A stretch of DNA of 24,829 bases from Elusimicrobiota bacterium (GCA_051745145.1 JBNJDT010000020.1:1-24829); one strand, 5' to 3'. Counted from the stretch's first letter, positions 9,073 through 18,000 are shown. Notes: a model not told the origin generated them from the sequence alone. A program made the numbers and translations.

Positions 9073-9641
9073 ATAAAAAAGGAACCCAAACTTGCTATTA
9101 CCAGCAACGGTAAAATTGTTACTGTGCCTAAAATAATAAACCAGGGGAGTATAAAAGCAGCTACTGCGTTTCTAAAAGAAAGGCCATAAAAATAATTTAA
9201 AATCTTATACTGATAATAGAGACTGATTACCAGAAAAACTAAAAGTACGGGTATCAGAAAAAAAAATCGACCTCCCGGGAAAAAAGCTTTTATTATAAGG
9301 GCCATCGGCGCTACATAGACAAATGGAGCCATCGAGTAAGGGATTGCTTTAAATAACTTACCGGGTGAGCCCTGCCCCCCGAATACACCGGCAAAAAAAT
9401 GATACAGGGCAACTATAAATAAGATTAAGACAACAAATGTTATAGTTCTCAAAAAAACCCCCCAGGTTAATAGATAGTCTGAAATTTGAGTGCCAAAATT
9501 AAAAAGTAGAGTAACCCCCGCTACAGTAGATAAAATTCCGACAGCTAATACTATGAACCCGGAATAATTCAGTTTTTTTCTGGAGAGCCGGTATATAGTT
9601 TCGCCGGGAGAGGTAATTATATTTAAAAATATATCAAGCAT
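9069..9641 (-). CDS. Yip1-family-like integral membrane protein
   Basis: 190 aa, about 5 hydrophobic helices; N-terminal 'I.SPGETI..L', 'FGGQGS...LF' loop and 'YGLS...A' near the C-terminus resemble bacterial Yip1 proteins. Confidence 0.6.
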   Translation of the reverse strand: MLDIFLNIITSPGETIYRLSRKKLNYSGFIVLAVGILSTVAGVTLLFNFGTQISDYLLTWGVFLRTITFVVLILFIVALYHFFAGVFGGQGSPGKLFKAIPYSMAPFVYVAPMALIIKAFFPGGRFFFLIPVLLVFLVISLYYQYKILNYFYGLSFRNAVAAFILPWFIILGTVTILPLLVIASLGSFFI

Positions 9642-10579
9642 TACGGGATATAAAGATAGCTTAATCCGGTAACCTCATTTATATTCAAATTTATAAATGA
9701 AATTCGTCTATCTAATAAATTTAGCATATTAAACCATCTGGTCTGAGACGGTTCTATAAATTCCGGATCTTTAACTTCAGCCAGCTTTTTTAAAGTCTCT
9801 CGAGCTGTAACTTCATCCCCCAGTTGATCTACAAGGTTAACTTTTTTGGCATAAGTTCCGGAATATATCTGTCCTTTAGCTAATTCTTTAACTTTTTCCT
9901 GGTTCATATCCCGACCTTCACTGACTACTTTTACAAACTGGCTGTAAGTGTCATCAATAACCCGTTCTAAAAATTTTCTTTCTTCATCCTCAAAAGGTCG
10001 GTGAAAAGAGCTCACGTCTTTATAAGGCCCGCTCTTTACGGTTTGAAAATTTATCCCCGCTTTATCCAGTAAACCGGACATATCGCTGGACATAAAAATA
10101 ACCCCGATGCTTCCTACGAGTGTACCGGGATTGACCACTATCTTATCACAGGCTGCAGCAATATAATATCCCCCCGACGCTCCCATATCCTTGATTGTGA
10201 TTACTACCGGTTTTCCTTTTTCACGGATTCTCTTTATTTCCCGGGTTATTTCCTGTACGGCTCCCACGGTTCCGCCCGGAGAATTTAACCGTATAAGTAC
10301 CCCTTTGACTTTGCCATTTTCCCGGTAATTTTTTAAATTTTTAAGTATTCTGTTCAAACCGGAAGGAATTCCACTTAACCCCGAGGAGTTACTATCGGCG
10401 GTAATTGGCCCATAAATTTCTACTATACCAATAGCATCGCCCTTAAAATGCGATTTTTCTTCTAATGTGAATTTTTTTGGTTCTTGAGTTTCCTGGCGGA
10501 AGGTAAGTACAATTGCAGCTAATATGGATATAACCAACAGCAGGATTATAGTTATCCTGCTCTTATTTGCATCTGCCAT
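9641..10579 (-). CDS. sppA: Signal peptide peptidase SppA (36K type, peptidase S49)
   Basis: N-terminal TM; LNSPGG, GASGGYYIA (catalytic Ser), GSIGV, KSGPYKD, LVDQLG. Confidence 0.95.
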   Translation of the reverse strand: MADANKSRITIILLLVISILAAIVLTFRQETQEPKKFTLEEKSHFKGDAIGIVEIYGPITADSNSSGLSGIPSGLNRILKNLKNYRENGKVKGVLIRLNSPGGTVGAVQEITREIKRIREKGKPVVITIKDMGASGGYYIAAACDKIVVNPGTLVGSIGVIFMSSDMSGLLDKAGINFQTVKSGPYKDVSSFHRPFEDEERKFLERVIDDTYSQFVKVVSEGRDMNQEKVKELAKGQIYSGTYAKKVNLVDQLGDEVTARETLKKLAEVKDPEFIEPSQTRWFNMLNLLDRRISFINLNINEVTGLSYLYIP

Positions 10580-10582
10580 ATT

Positions 10583-10987
10583 CTACCTCTTGGAAAACTG
10601 TTCGCTTTTTCTGGCTTTGCGGTGTCCCGGTTTCTTTCTTTCAACTACACGTGAATCTCTGGTAAGAAATCCTTTGCTCCGGAGTATCTTCCTGGATTTT
10701 TCGTCAAGCTGAGCAAATACCCTGGAAATACCGAGTTTAATAGCTCCTGCCTGGCCACTGACCCCTCCCCCTTTAACATTAATTTTAATAAGACTTGAAG
10801 GTTCTATATTTAAAGCCTCAAAGGGACTAATTGCATCTTTGTACTGAAGATCATGTCCCTGAAAATAAGTCTTTATGGGTTTTCCGTTTACAAGAATCTT
10901 TTTTTCTTTTTTCTCCGGAAACATATATACCCTAGCTACAGCTGTTTTACGACGTCCTACTGCATTTAATTCGTTCATATTAACCAT
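10583..10987 (-). CDS. rpsI: 30S ribosomal protein S9
   Basis: GRRKTAVARV, VKGGGVSGQAGAI, GFLTRDSRVVERKKPG..KARK..QFSKR. The start may instead be the second ATG at 10978. Confidence 0.98.
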   Translation of the reverse strand: MVNMNELNAVGRRKTAVARVYMFPEKKEKKILVNGKPIKTYFQGHDLQYKDAISPFEALNIEPSSLIKINVKGGGVSGQAGAIKLGISRVFAQLDEKSRKILRSKGFLTRDSRVVERKKPGHRKARKSEQFSKR

Positions 10988-11399
10988 TGTTTAAATTTAT
11001 CTCCTCTGGATCTTGCGCTTGGTGAGGATGCTCACTTTCCCGGTAAATTTTCAATCTTTTCATACGTTTAGAAGCCAGCTTATTTTTGGGAAGCATTCCC
11101 TTAACAGCATAGTAAATAATTTTCTCCGGGTTTTCTTCTATCAAATCCCGGTACAGAGTTTCTTTACTGTTGCCCGGATATGTCGACGGAGAAAAGTATT
11201 TTTTTACTTCAGCCTTATTACCCCCTATTTCTACCTTTTTGGCATCTGTTATAATAAGACACGCCCCCTTATCTTCATGAGGTGTGTAATCTACTCTATT
11301 TTTCCCCATAAGCAAGGTGGCTGCTTTTGTTGCCAGCCTACCGAGAATTTTACCGTCTGCACTAATTTTATACCATTTTCTTTTTATCATTTTTTTCAT
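10980..11399 (-). CDS. rplM: 50S ribosomal protein L13
   Basis: RKWY...A.GKILGRLA, LMGK....YTPH.D.G, AVKGMLPKN, HPHQAQ.P; canonical rplM-rpsI pair. Confidence 0.97.
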   Translation of the reverse strand: MKKMIKRKWYKISADGKILGRLATKAATLLMGKNRVDYTPHEDKGACLIITDAKKVEIGGNKAEVKKYFSPSTYPGNSKETLYRDLIEENPEKIIYYAVKGMLPKNKLASKRMKRLKIYRESEHPHQAQDPEEINLNNG

Positions 11400-11444
11400 T
11401 TTATCTATTTATCCTCAAAAGTCAAATTATTCTAACCTCTATAA

Positions 11445-11520
11445 TGGGGTGGGTGATCGGAATTGAACCGACGACCGCTTGGGCCACAACCAAGTGCTCT
11501 GCCCCTGAGCTACACCCACC
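11445..11520 (-). tRNA. tRNA-His (GUG)
   Basis: Reverse complement GGTGGGTGTAGCTCAGGGGCAGAGCACTTGGTTGTGGCCCAAGCGGTCGTCGGTTCAATTCCGATCACCCACCCCA folds to a cloverleaf; anticodon GTG, encoded G-1, C73 discriminator and CCA. Confidence 0.97.
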
Positions 11521-11538
11521 GCTAATTTCTAATTTAGA

Positions 11539-11566
11539 ATTATACAATTTAAAAACTAAAAATCAA
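11539..11566 (-). promoter_or_regulatory. Sigma70-type promoter for the tRNA-His-rplM-rpsI transcription unit
   Basis: TTGATT (11566-11561), 16 nt spacer, TATAAT (11544-11539), about 18 nt upstream of the tRNA; AT-rich sequence upstream. Confidence 0.65.
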
Positions 11567-11583
11567 TTATTATTCTTTAGAAA

Positions 11584-12501
11584 TTAAGTGGCATCCTCTT
11601 TATTTGAATCTTCTTTATTTAAAAGAATTTCAAAAGGAGGTGAATCTTCCCCAAAATAATATGTACGGTGGGGAAAAGGAATCTCTATGTTTTTGCGGTC
11701 AAAAGTCTTCTTTATCCGGCGTAAAAATTCCCGGCCGGTAGACCACTGTTCCAGAGGCTTTGTGGTTATCTTGCCTTTTATTACCTGGGCCGAGCTATCT
11801 AATTTATCCAGCCCGAAAACTTCAAAATCATCTATTTTCTCACCGAACTCTTCATCTTCTCTTAATTCCTCGCCCACCTCTTTAATAACTTTTATTACTT
11901 TATCTATCTTTTCTTTATAGGCCACTCCTATTTCAAAAATATAACATGAAAATTCTTTAGTTAAATTAGAAAGAGAATTTATGGATCCGTTAGGGAAAAT
12001 GTGAACTTTTCCGGCTAAATCTCTAAGTACAGTAGTTCTTAAGTTTATCTCTACAACCAGACCCCCGGTACCGTTAATTACAGCTACATCCCCGATTCTT
12101 ATCTGGTCTTCTATGAGAATGAAAAAACCGCTTATTAAATCCTTTACCAGACTCTGGGCCCCAAAACTCAAAGCCAATCCCAAAACCCCGGCCGCGGTAA
12201 GAATAGGCCCCAAATTTATTCCCAGTTCCCCGAGAAGTAAAGTTAAACCCACCAGCCATATAATCAAGTATACCACCTTATTTAAGATGGCAATTACCGT
12301 TTCTACTCTCTTTTCCCGTTCCCGTTTAAGTTTACCCCTGGATTTGGCTTTTTCTATAAAATATTTTTCAACTCTACCTAAAAGTAATTTTACAATTATA
12401 GAAAGAACAACTAAAGTTAAAAAAAAGACAATAATTTTTGGCAGATATTGTAAACTCTGTTTTAAATAATTATTAAAAACAGTTAATATGTTTTTCCACA
12501 T
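11584..12501 (-). CDS. Small-conductance mechanosensitive channel family protein (MscS/YbiO-like)
   Basis: TM helices followed by AGVLGLALSFGAQSLVKDLISGFFILIEDQIRIGD, G.VVEINLRTT.LRD..G.VHIFPNG, IEIPFP. Confidence 0.95.
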   Translation of the reverse strand: MWKNILTVFNNYLKQSLQYLPKIIVFFLTLVVLSIIVKLLLGRVEKYFIEKAKSRGKLKREREKRVETVIAILNKVVYLIIWLVGLTLLLGELGINLGPILTAAGVLGLALSFGAQSLVKDLISGFFILIEDQIRIGDVAVINGTGGLVVEINLRTTVLRDLAGKVHIFPNGSINSLSNLTKEFSCYIFEIGVAYKEKIDKVIKVIKEVGEELREDEEFGEKIDDFEVFGLDKLDSSAQVIKGKITTKPLEQWSTGREFLRRIKKTFDRKNIEIPFPHRTYYFGEDSPPFEILLNKEDSNKEDAT

Positions 12502-12536
12502 GATAGTCCTTTATAACTTCTCCTTTTAATTTAAAA

Positions 12537-12614
12537 TGGTCGGGAAGGCCGGATTTGAACCGGCGACCCCCTGCTCCCAAAGCAGGTGCGCTAGCCAAGC
12601 TGCGCCACTTCCCG
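12537..12614 (-). tRNA. tRNA-Pro (UGG)
   Basis: Reverse complement CGGGAAGTGGCGCAGCTTGGCTAGCGCACCTGCTTTGGGAGCAGGGGGTCGCCGGTTCAAATCCGGCCTTCCCGACCA; cloverleaf, C1-G72, A73, anticodon TGG, encoded CCA. Confidence 0.97.
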
Positions 12615-13196
12615 GTTTATAATTTCTTCCATCTTTTTAAGGGCTTTGTATCTGTGACTTACAGTGTTTTTTTTAGCTTCCGGTAATTCACCGAAAGTCT
12701 TATGTAAATCGCTCACTTCAAAGACAGGGTCATAGCCAAAACCGTTTTCCCCCCGTCTTTTATTAGTTATTCGCCCTTTTACCACCCCTTCTGTAAAAAG
12801 AGTTTTTTTTCCCTTTCTTGAGAAAGCCACTACCGTTCTAAATTCCGCGTATCTTTCTTTTTCGGGCACCCCCTTTAACTCTTTTAACAGTTTATTTACA
12901 TTGTCTTCATAATCAGCCTCTCGGCCGGCATACCGCGAAGAATAAACCCCCGGTTTTCCGTCAAGATGCTTTACAAAAAGCCCTGTATCGTCGGCTATAG
13001 CCGGTTTTTCCAGAGAATCAGCCACATATTCAGCTTTTAAAGATGCATTTTCTCTAAGAGTTTTTCCGCTCTCTTCAACTTCTTTTAACTGCCTGTAATT
13101 ACCCGACCAGTCAAAAGTTATATTTTCAATATTACTCCAGATATTTTTTATTTCTTTAACTTTGTCTTTATTACCGGTCGCAAGAACTATCTGCAT
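12591..13196 (-). CDS. rdgB: dITP/XTP pyrophosphatase (Ham1 family)
   Basis: LATGNKDKVKEI, EESG.T..ENA..KA, ADDTGL.V..L.G.PGVYS.RYAG, GFGYDPVF, KN.VSHR..AL. Last 24 nt overlap tRNA-Pro. Confidence 0.96.
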   Translation of the reverse strand: MQIVLATGNKDKVKEIKNIWSNIENITFDWSGNYRQLKEVEESGKTLRENASLKAEYVADSLEKPAIADDTGLFVKHLDGKPGVYSSRYAGREADYEDNVNKLLKELKGVPEKERYAEFRTVVAFSRKGKKTLFTEGVVKGRITNKRRGENGFGYDPVFEVSDLHKTFGELPEAKKNTVSHRYKALKKMEEIINREVAQLG

Positions 13197-13202
13197 AAAT
13201 TT

Positions 13203-13934
13203 TTAAAGAAGATCCAGAGCTTTTTTCTGTTCCTCTATTAATTCTATTATACCCCGGCTGCCTGCTTTTAGCATCTCATTCATACTTTCCGGACTGAAAG
13301 TGGCTTCTTCACCGGTAGCCTGTACTTCAATCATTCTACCTTCATCGCTCATAACTAAATTCATATCTACCTGGGCGGACATATCCTCTACTGAATTTAA
13401 ATCCAGCAGAACTTCTCCGTGGACCACTCCCGTACTTATAGCCGCCATAAAATTATTTACGGGATTTCTGGAAATTCTGTTATTTCTCATTAAATCTTTA
13501 AATAAAAGATACAAAGCTACAAATCCTCCCGTAATTGAAGCGGTGCGGGTACCGCCGTCAGCCTGAATCACATCGCAGTCCACAATAATGCTCTCGTAGG
13601 GAATAGCATTTAAATCTACAACAGCTCTAAAAGACCGGCCTATAAGACGCTCAATCTCTTTAGTTCTTCCCTTGGCCCCCCGGCGCTCCCTTCTTATCCG
13701 GTCTTTAGAAGAATTGGGCAGCATTGAATACTGAGCCGATATCCACCCTTTCTGTTCATTCCTAACGTGTGGCGGAGTCCAGTTATCCGTGGTTGCCGCG
13801 CACAGCACTCTGGTTTTACCGCACTCTATCATTACCGAATGGGAGTTGGTATCCAGATAATTTATATCTATGTTTACATCTCTTTTTTCAATATTATTTC
13901 TGTTGTTGTCCCGGTTAAATCCTTCCCTGTCCAT
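13203..13934 (-). CDS. rph: Ribonuclease PH
   Basis: G.TRVLC, GWISAQYSMLP, GRTKEIERLIGRS.RA, DCDVIQADGGTRTASITG, DMNLVM, EVQATGE. Start moved from 14015 to ATG 13934, which follows SD AGGAGG and the upstream stop codon. Confidence 0.96.
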   Translation of the reverse strand: MDREGFNRDNNRNNIEKRDVNIDINYLDTNSHSVMIECGKTRVLCAATTDNWTPPHVRNEQKGWISAQYSMLPNSSKDRIRRERRGAKGRTKEIERLIGRSFRAVVDLNAIPYESIIVDCDVIQADGGTRTASITGGFVALYLLFKDLMRNNRISRNPVNNFMAAISTGVVHGEVLLDLNSVEDMSAQVDMNLVMSDEGRMIEVQATGEEATFSPESMNEMLKAGSRGIIELIEEQKKALDLL

Positions 13935-13936
13935 GT

Positions 13937-15289
13937 TTAATTGCCTCCTGCAACGTTTTTTCTGCTTGCTATAAATAATCCCCCGGCCATTATAATAAAT
14001 AACAGTACAACACATTTAAGAAAGAGATAATCTTTCTTTAACTGTAAAGTCTTTACATCTCTTAAATAGTTATCTCCCGTAGAGTCATAAAATATTTTCA
14101 TATCCTGCGGAGCAAAATACAGATTACCCAAATTTTCTTTTTCGGGTAAATTCTCCAGGGATTTACGGTAAGACTCCGGCATAAACCAGACTTTTTCAAA
14201 TGAATTAAATTTTTCCACACCCGTCAAACCGTACTTTTCTAACTCTTTTGCGGCGCTTGAACCGTAAAATAAAGTCAATATTTTATTTTCTTTAACTTTC
14301 TTGAATTCGATCTGTTCCATATTTGATAAACCCTGTCCGTATTGATATTGCCCGCTGGGATAACTGTCGATAAAATCTATCTTAATATCTTCTATTTTTT
14401 TATCATCTTCAGTCCGGATATAACCGTTTTGAGGTATTACCCAGAGCAATTCCTGTTTTTTAATGCCCAGTAAATAAATTTTTTCTGTCCCATCCTCAAT
14501 TTTATTCCACCGTCCCCGGGGAGTACGGCTGTATATTTTATATCTTTTGCCGTCCTTTACCAGAATGTAAGTTTGCTGTAAATCTTTAGAAGCGATTATA
14601 TCAATAAAACTACCGGACGGAATGCCGTAAAAATATGATTTCGGGCGGCGTACGGAAGTTATACCGGCTACTTTCTGCCCTGTTTTCTTATCTTCTGCAA
14701 AGAAAGCAATGTGTTCTGAATCAATCCATCCTCCCGGCTTTACGGAATAACCCTCTAACTCTTCTACAGGGGTCCAGTCAACTTCATCTAAATATTTAAG
14801 AACTTCTTCTTCGGAAATTAAAATATTATTATTCTTTTTTCCGATTAACTTAAGCGGAGCTGAACTTCTGTAGATGACATTCCCGCCGGAAATAATTTCA
14901 ATAAAATTTCCCTTCCATCTTTCATGTAATAATCTGTCGTTGTCATATACCGGGTTAAAATCTTCCGCTTTTTCCGGGTCTATATCTTTTGTCTTTAATA
15001 AATCTAAAGAATTTAAGCTGTAGATATTTTCTCCGGTTTGGTCTTTTTTTAAGGTTAAAATAAAATCACCTTTTATATTTTTATTCCTCAATAAGTTATA
15101 GAAGTGATAACCTTTTTTGCGATGGTGATTTTTTCTCAGTTCGTCTCCTAAAGGTGTGCCGTAATTTCCCGCTATTGATAAACTTAGATTATCTGTTTTC
15201 CAGACTGTATTTATATTACTTGAGGCCGGCAAAGAAGAGACGGATAAGGATAAGGCAAAAATTAAAAGTATAAATATTTTTCGCATCAT
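13937..15289 (-). CDS. Hypothetical exported protein with N-terminal signal peptide and C-terminal membrane anchor
   Basis: 450 aa; MMRKIFILLIFALSLSVSSLPA signal-like N-terminus; C-terminal YLFLKCVVLLFIIMAGGLFIA followed by SRK; ATGA overlap with the valS stop. No family recognised. Confidence 0.75.
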   Translation of the reverse strand: MMRKIFILLIFALSLSVSSLPASSNINTVWKTDNLSLSIAGNYGTPLGDELRKNHHRKKGYHFYNLLRNKNIKGDFILTLKKDQTGENIYSLNSLDLLKTKDIDPEKAEDFNPVYDNDRLLHERWKGNFIEIISGGNVIYRSSAPLKLIGKKNNNILISEEEVLKYLDEVDWTPVEELEGYSVKPGGWIDSEHIAFFAEDKKTGQKVAGITSVRRPKSYFYGIPSGSFIDIIASKDLQQTYILVKDGKRYKIYSRTPRGRWNKIEDGTEKIYLLGIKKQELLWVIPQNGYIRTEDDKKIEDIKIDFIDSYPSGQYQYGQGLSNMEQIEFKKVKENKILTLFYGSSAAKELEKYGLTGVEKFNSFEKVWFMPESYRKSLENLPEKENLGNLYFAPQDMKIFYDSTGDNYLRDVKTLQLKKDYLFLKCVVLLFIIMAGGLFIASRKNVAGGN

Positions 15290-17931
15290 ACAAGTTCCTT
15301 GAGATTTTTTTCTAATTTTTGCAGCCGGTCTTTATATTTTTCCACTTTTTTTCTCACTTTATTTACCACTTCATCCGGAGCCTTCTTTACGAAATCTTCA
15401 TTATCCAGTTTTTTATTCGAATATTCTATCTGTTCTCTGGCTCCGGCAATCTGTTTTTTTAATCTCTTTATTTCCCTCTCCTTTAACTCTTTTGAAAGAG
15501 AAACGTAAATGGATACCTCTCCGGATACTGCAACGCCGTCTCCCGGATTTTTCCGAGCTTCGGGACTTATACTCAATTTTTTCAGCCCGGCCAGAGTTTT
15601 TATGTAATCTCCGTATTTTTGTAATAATTCTTTGTCTTCCCCGGCGGCTTTCAAACGGGCATTCATTTTATCGGATGGGTCTATTCTCAATTCTCCTCTA
15701 ATATTTCTTATACCGTCTATGATATCCATAATTTTATTCATCCTGGAAATTTCAGAATCCACGACCGTGATTTCCGACTGTTCAAATCCGTTAAAATCCA
15801 GGGGATTCTTTGGAATATTCAGCTCTTCAGAAAGATAAGTCCACAATTCACTGGTTATAAAAGGCATAACCGGATGGGAAATACATAAAATATGCTGGAG
15901 AACATATGCAAGTACCTGCTGTACATTTTCTCTCTCTTTTTGATCTTTTGAATAAAGTCTTAATTTTGCCAGTTCTAAGTACCAGTCGCAAAAATTCTTC
16001 CATATAAAATCATATAGATAGCGCGCTGTCCGGGCATTATTAAGTTCCCTGTAACCTTCTTTTATTTTTTTTGTAAAATTTTTAAGTTCTCCCAGAATCC
16101 ATATATCGGCAAGTTCCATGTCTTCCGTCCGGGGCAACTGAATATTCCGGATAGTAAGATTGTCTAAAATTAACCGGCTGGCATTCCACAATTTATTACA
16201 GAAATTACGGGCGCTTATAAAATCATTGTTGTCTATCTGCATATCTCTCCCGGGAACCGCCGACTTGGCCAGAGCAAATCTTAAGGCATCGGTGCCGTAT
16301 TCATCTATAATATTTAAAGGATCTATGACATTGCCCTTGGATTTAGACATTTTTTCACCGTTTTTATCCCTTATCATACCGTGTATATTTACTTTTTCAA
16401 AAGGAATGTCATCTACCATCTCCAGGCCCATCATAACCATTCTGGCCACCCAAAGATAGAGTATCTCATTGCCCGTAACTAATAGCTGCGTAGGATAGTA
16501 GTAATCCATCTCTTCGGTTTTTTCCGGCCACCCTAAAGTGGAAAACGGCCACAGCGCGGACGAAAACCAGGTATCCAGAACGTCCTTATCCTGGACAATA
16601 TCCGTTCCCCCGCAATTAGGACATTCTTCGGGTTTTTCTTTAGCGGCTATGGGAGGACAATCATCATTATCCCGGCAGTAATAGACCGGAATTCTGTGGC
16701 CCCACCAAATTTGTCTGGAGATGCACCAGTCATGTAAATTTTCAAGCCAGTTTATATACGGATTTTCCCACCGGGGAGGAATGAAATCTATTTTTTCTTT
16801 CCTGCTGGCGTCAAGCGCTTTTTCGGACAGACCGTCTACTTTTACAAACCACTGTTTGGAGAGCAGGGGTTCTATAACGGTATCACATCTGTAGCACTCC
16901 CCTACGGAATGTTGATAATCCTCTATTTTTTTAATATACCCCTCTTTTTTCAGTTTCCGGACCAGAACTTTGCGGCATTCAAACCTGTCCATTCCCCGGA
17001 ATTCACCGGCCCGGTCGGTCATCTTTCCCTCATTATCTATAATTTTTATAACGTCAAGGTCGTGCCTTTGCCCCATATCAAAGTCGTTGGGGTCATGGGC
17101 CGGGGTTACCTTTACCATTCCCGTGCCGAAATCGCTGTCCACAAAATCGTCGGCTATTATTTTAAGTTCTCTGCCTACCAAGGGCAAAATAACTTTTTTA
17201 CCCACAAGATCAGTATATCTTTCATCATCCGGATTAACGGCAACGGCAGTATCTCCCAGCATGGTCTCCGGCCGGGTTGTGGCTACCGTTATATAACTGT
17301 CTTCGGCATTTTTAATAGGATATTTTATGTGCCATAAATTCCCGGTTTTCTCCATGTGCTCAACTTCTATATCCGAAAGTGCGGTATTGCACCGGGGACA
17401 CCGGTTTACCATGTACTCCCCCCGGTATATGAGGCCTTTTTCATAAAGCCTCACAAAAGCTTCTTTTACGGCTTTAGAGCATTGCTCATCCATTGTAAAT
17501 CTCTGCCTGGTCCAGTCGCAGCCGCACCCTAATCTTTTCAACTGTCCTATAATATTTCCGCCGGACTCCTCTTTCCATTCCCACATTCTTTTTAAAAACT
17601 TTTCTCTTCCCAGATCGTGTCTGGTCTTTCCTTCAGCCAGCAATTTTCTCTCCACTACATTCTGGGTAGCTATTCCCCCGTGATCGGTTCCCGGAATCCA
17701 CAGGACGTTTACTCCCTGTATTTTATTAACTCTTATGGCAATATCCTGCAGAACATTATTCAGGGCGTGGCCCATGTGCAGTTCTCCGGTTACATTGGGA
17801 GGAGGTATAACAATACTGAAGGACTCATCCTGGGAAGCAGGTTGAGAATGAAAAGTCTTCTCCTCCACCCAGAATTCTGCCCATTTATTTTCATAATTTT
17901 TTGGATTATATCTTTTTGGTATATTTTTCAT
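15286..17931 (-). CDS. valS: Valine--tRNA ligase
   Basis: PPPNVTGELHMGHAL (HIGH), GTDHGGIATQ, ATTRPET, WCISRQIWWGHRIP, DVLDTWFSS, KMSKSKGN, C-terminal coiled coil. Confidence 0.99.
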   Translation of the reverse strand: MKNIPKRYNPKNYENKWAEFWVEEKTFHSQPASQDESFSIVIPPPNVTGELHMGHALNNVLQDIAIRVNKIQGVNVLWIPGTDHGGIATQNVVERKLLAEGKTRHDLGREKFLKRMWEWKEESGGNIIGQLKRLGCGCDWTRQRFTMDEQCSKAVKEAFVRLYEKGLIYRGEYMVNRCPRCNTALSDIEVEHMEKTGNLWHIKYPIKNAEDSYITVATTRPETMLGDTAVAVNPDDERYTDLVGKKVILPLVGRELKIIADDFVDSDFGTGMVKVTPAHDPNDFDMGQRHDLDVIKIIDNEGKMTDRAGEFRGMDRFECRKVLVRKLKKEGYIKKIEDYQHSVGECYRCDTVIEPLLSKQWFVKVDGLSEKALDASRKEKIDFIPPRWENPYINWLENLHDWCISRQIWWGHRIPVYYCRDNDDCPPIAAKEKPEECPNCGGTDIVQDKDVLDTWFSSALWPFSTLGWPEKTEEMDYYYPTQLLVTGNEILYLWVARMVMMGLEMVDDIPFEKVNIHGMIRDKNGEKMSKSKGNVIDPLNIIDEYGTDALRFALAKSAVPGRDMQIDNNDFISARNFCNKLWNASRLILDNLTIRNIQLPRTEDMELADIWILGELKNFTKKIKEGYRELNNARTARYLYDFIWKNFCDWYLELAKLRLYSKDQKERENVQQVLAYVLQHILCISHPVMPFITSELWTYLSEELNIPKNPLDFNGFEQSEITVVDSEISRMNKIMDIIDGIRNIRGELRIDPSDKMNARLKAAGEDKELLQKYGDYIKTLAGLKKLSISPEARKNPGDGVAVSGEVSIYVSLSKELKEREIKRLKKQIAGAREQIEYSNKKLDNEDFVKKAPDEVVNKVRKKVEKYKDRLQKLEKNLKELV

Positions 17932-17942
17932 AATAAAATACG

Positions 17943-17970
17943 ATTATAATAATTTACTCTCCATATTCAA
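17943..17970 (-). promoter_or_regulatory. Sigma70-type promoter of valS
   Basis: TTGAAT (17970-17965), 16 nt spacer, TATAAT (17948-17943); only 11 nt to the ATG at 17931. Confidence 0.6.
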
Positions 17971-18000
17971 ATTTTAAAGGATTTGATATCTTATTATTTT

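Noticed and set aside
2917..12259. Small - strand ORFs 2917-3099 and 12074-12259
   Set aside because: Alternative-frame ORFs nested inside the wecA-like gene and mscS, with no motif support.
11445..12614. mscS region as an integrative element at a tRNA
   Set aside because: No integrase and no duplicated tRNA 3' end (att site) seen; both tRNAs are complete.
13935..14015. 27-aa N-terminal extension of RNase PH in the ORF track
   Set aside because: It overlaps the upstream gene and is not RNase PH-like; ATG 13934 has a strong AGGAGG SD.
17932..18000. T-box riboswitch upstream of valS
   Set aside because: The intergenic space is only 69 nt and has no T-box consensus (AAGGTGGnACCGCG-like).
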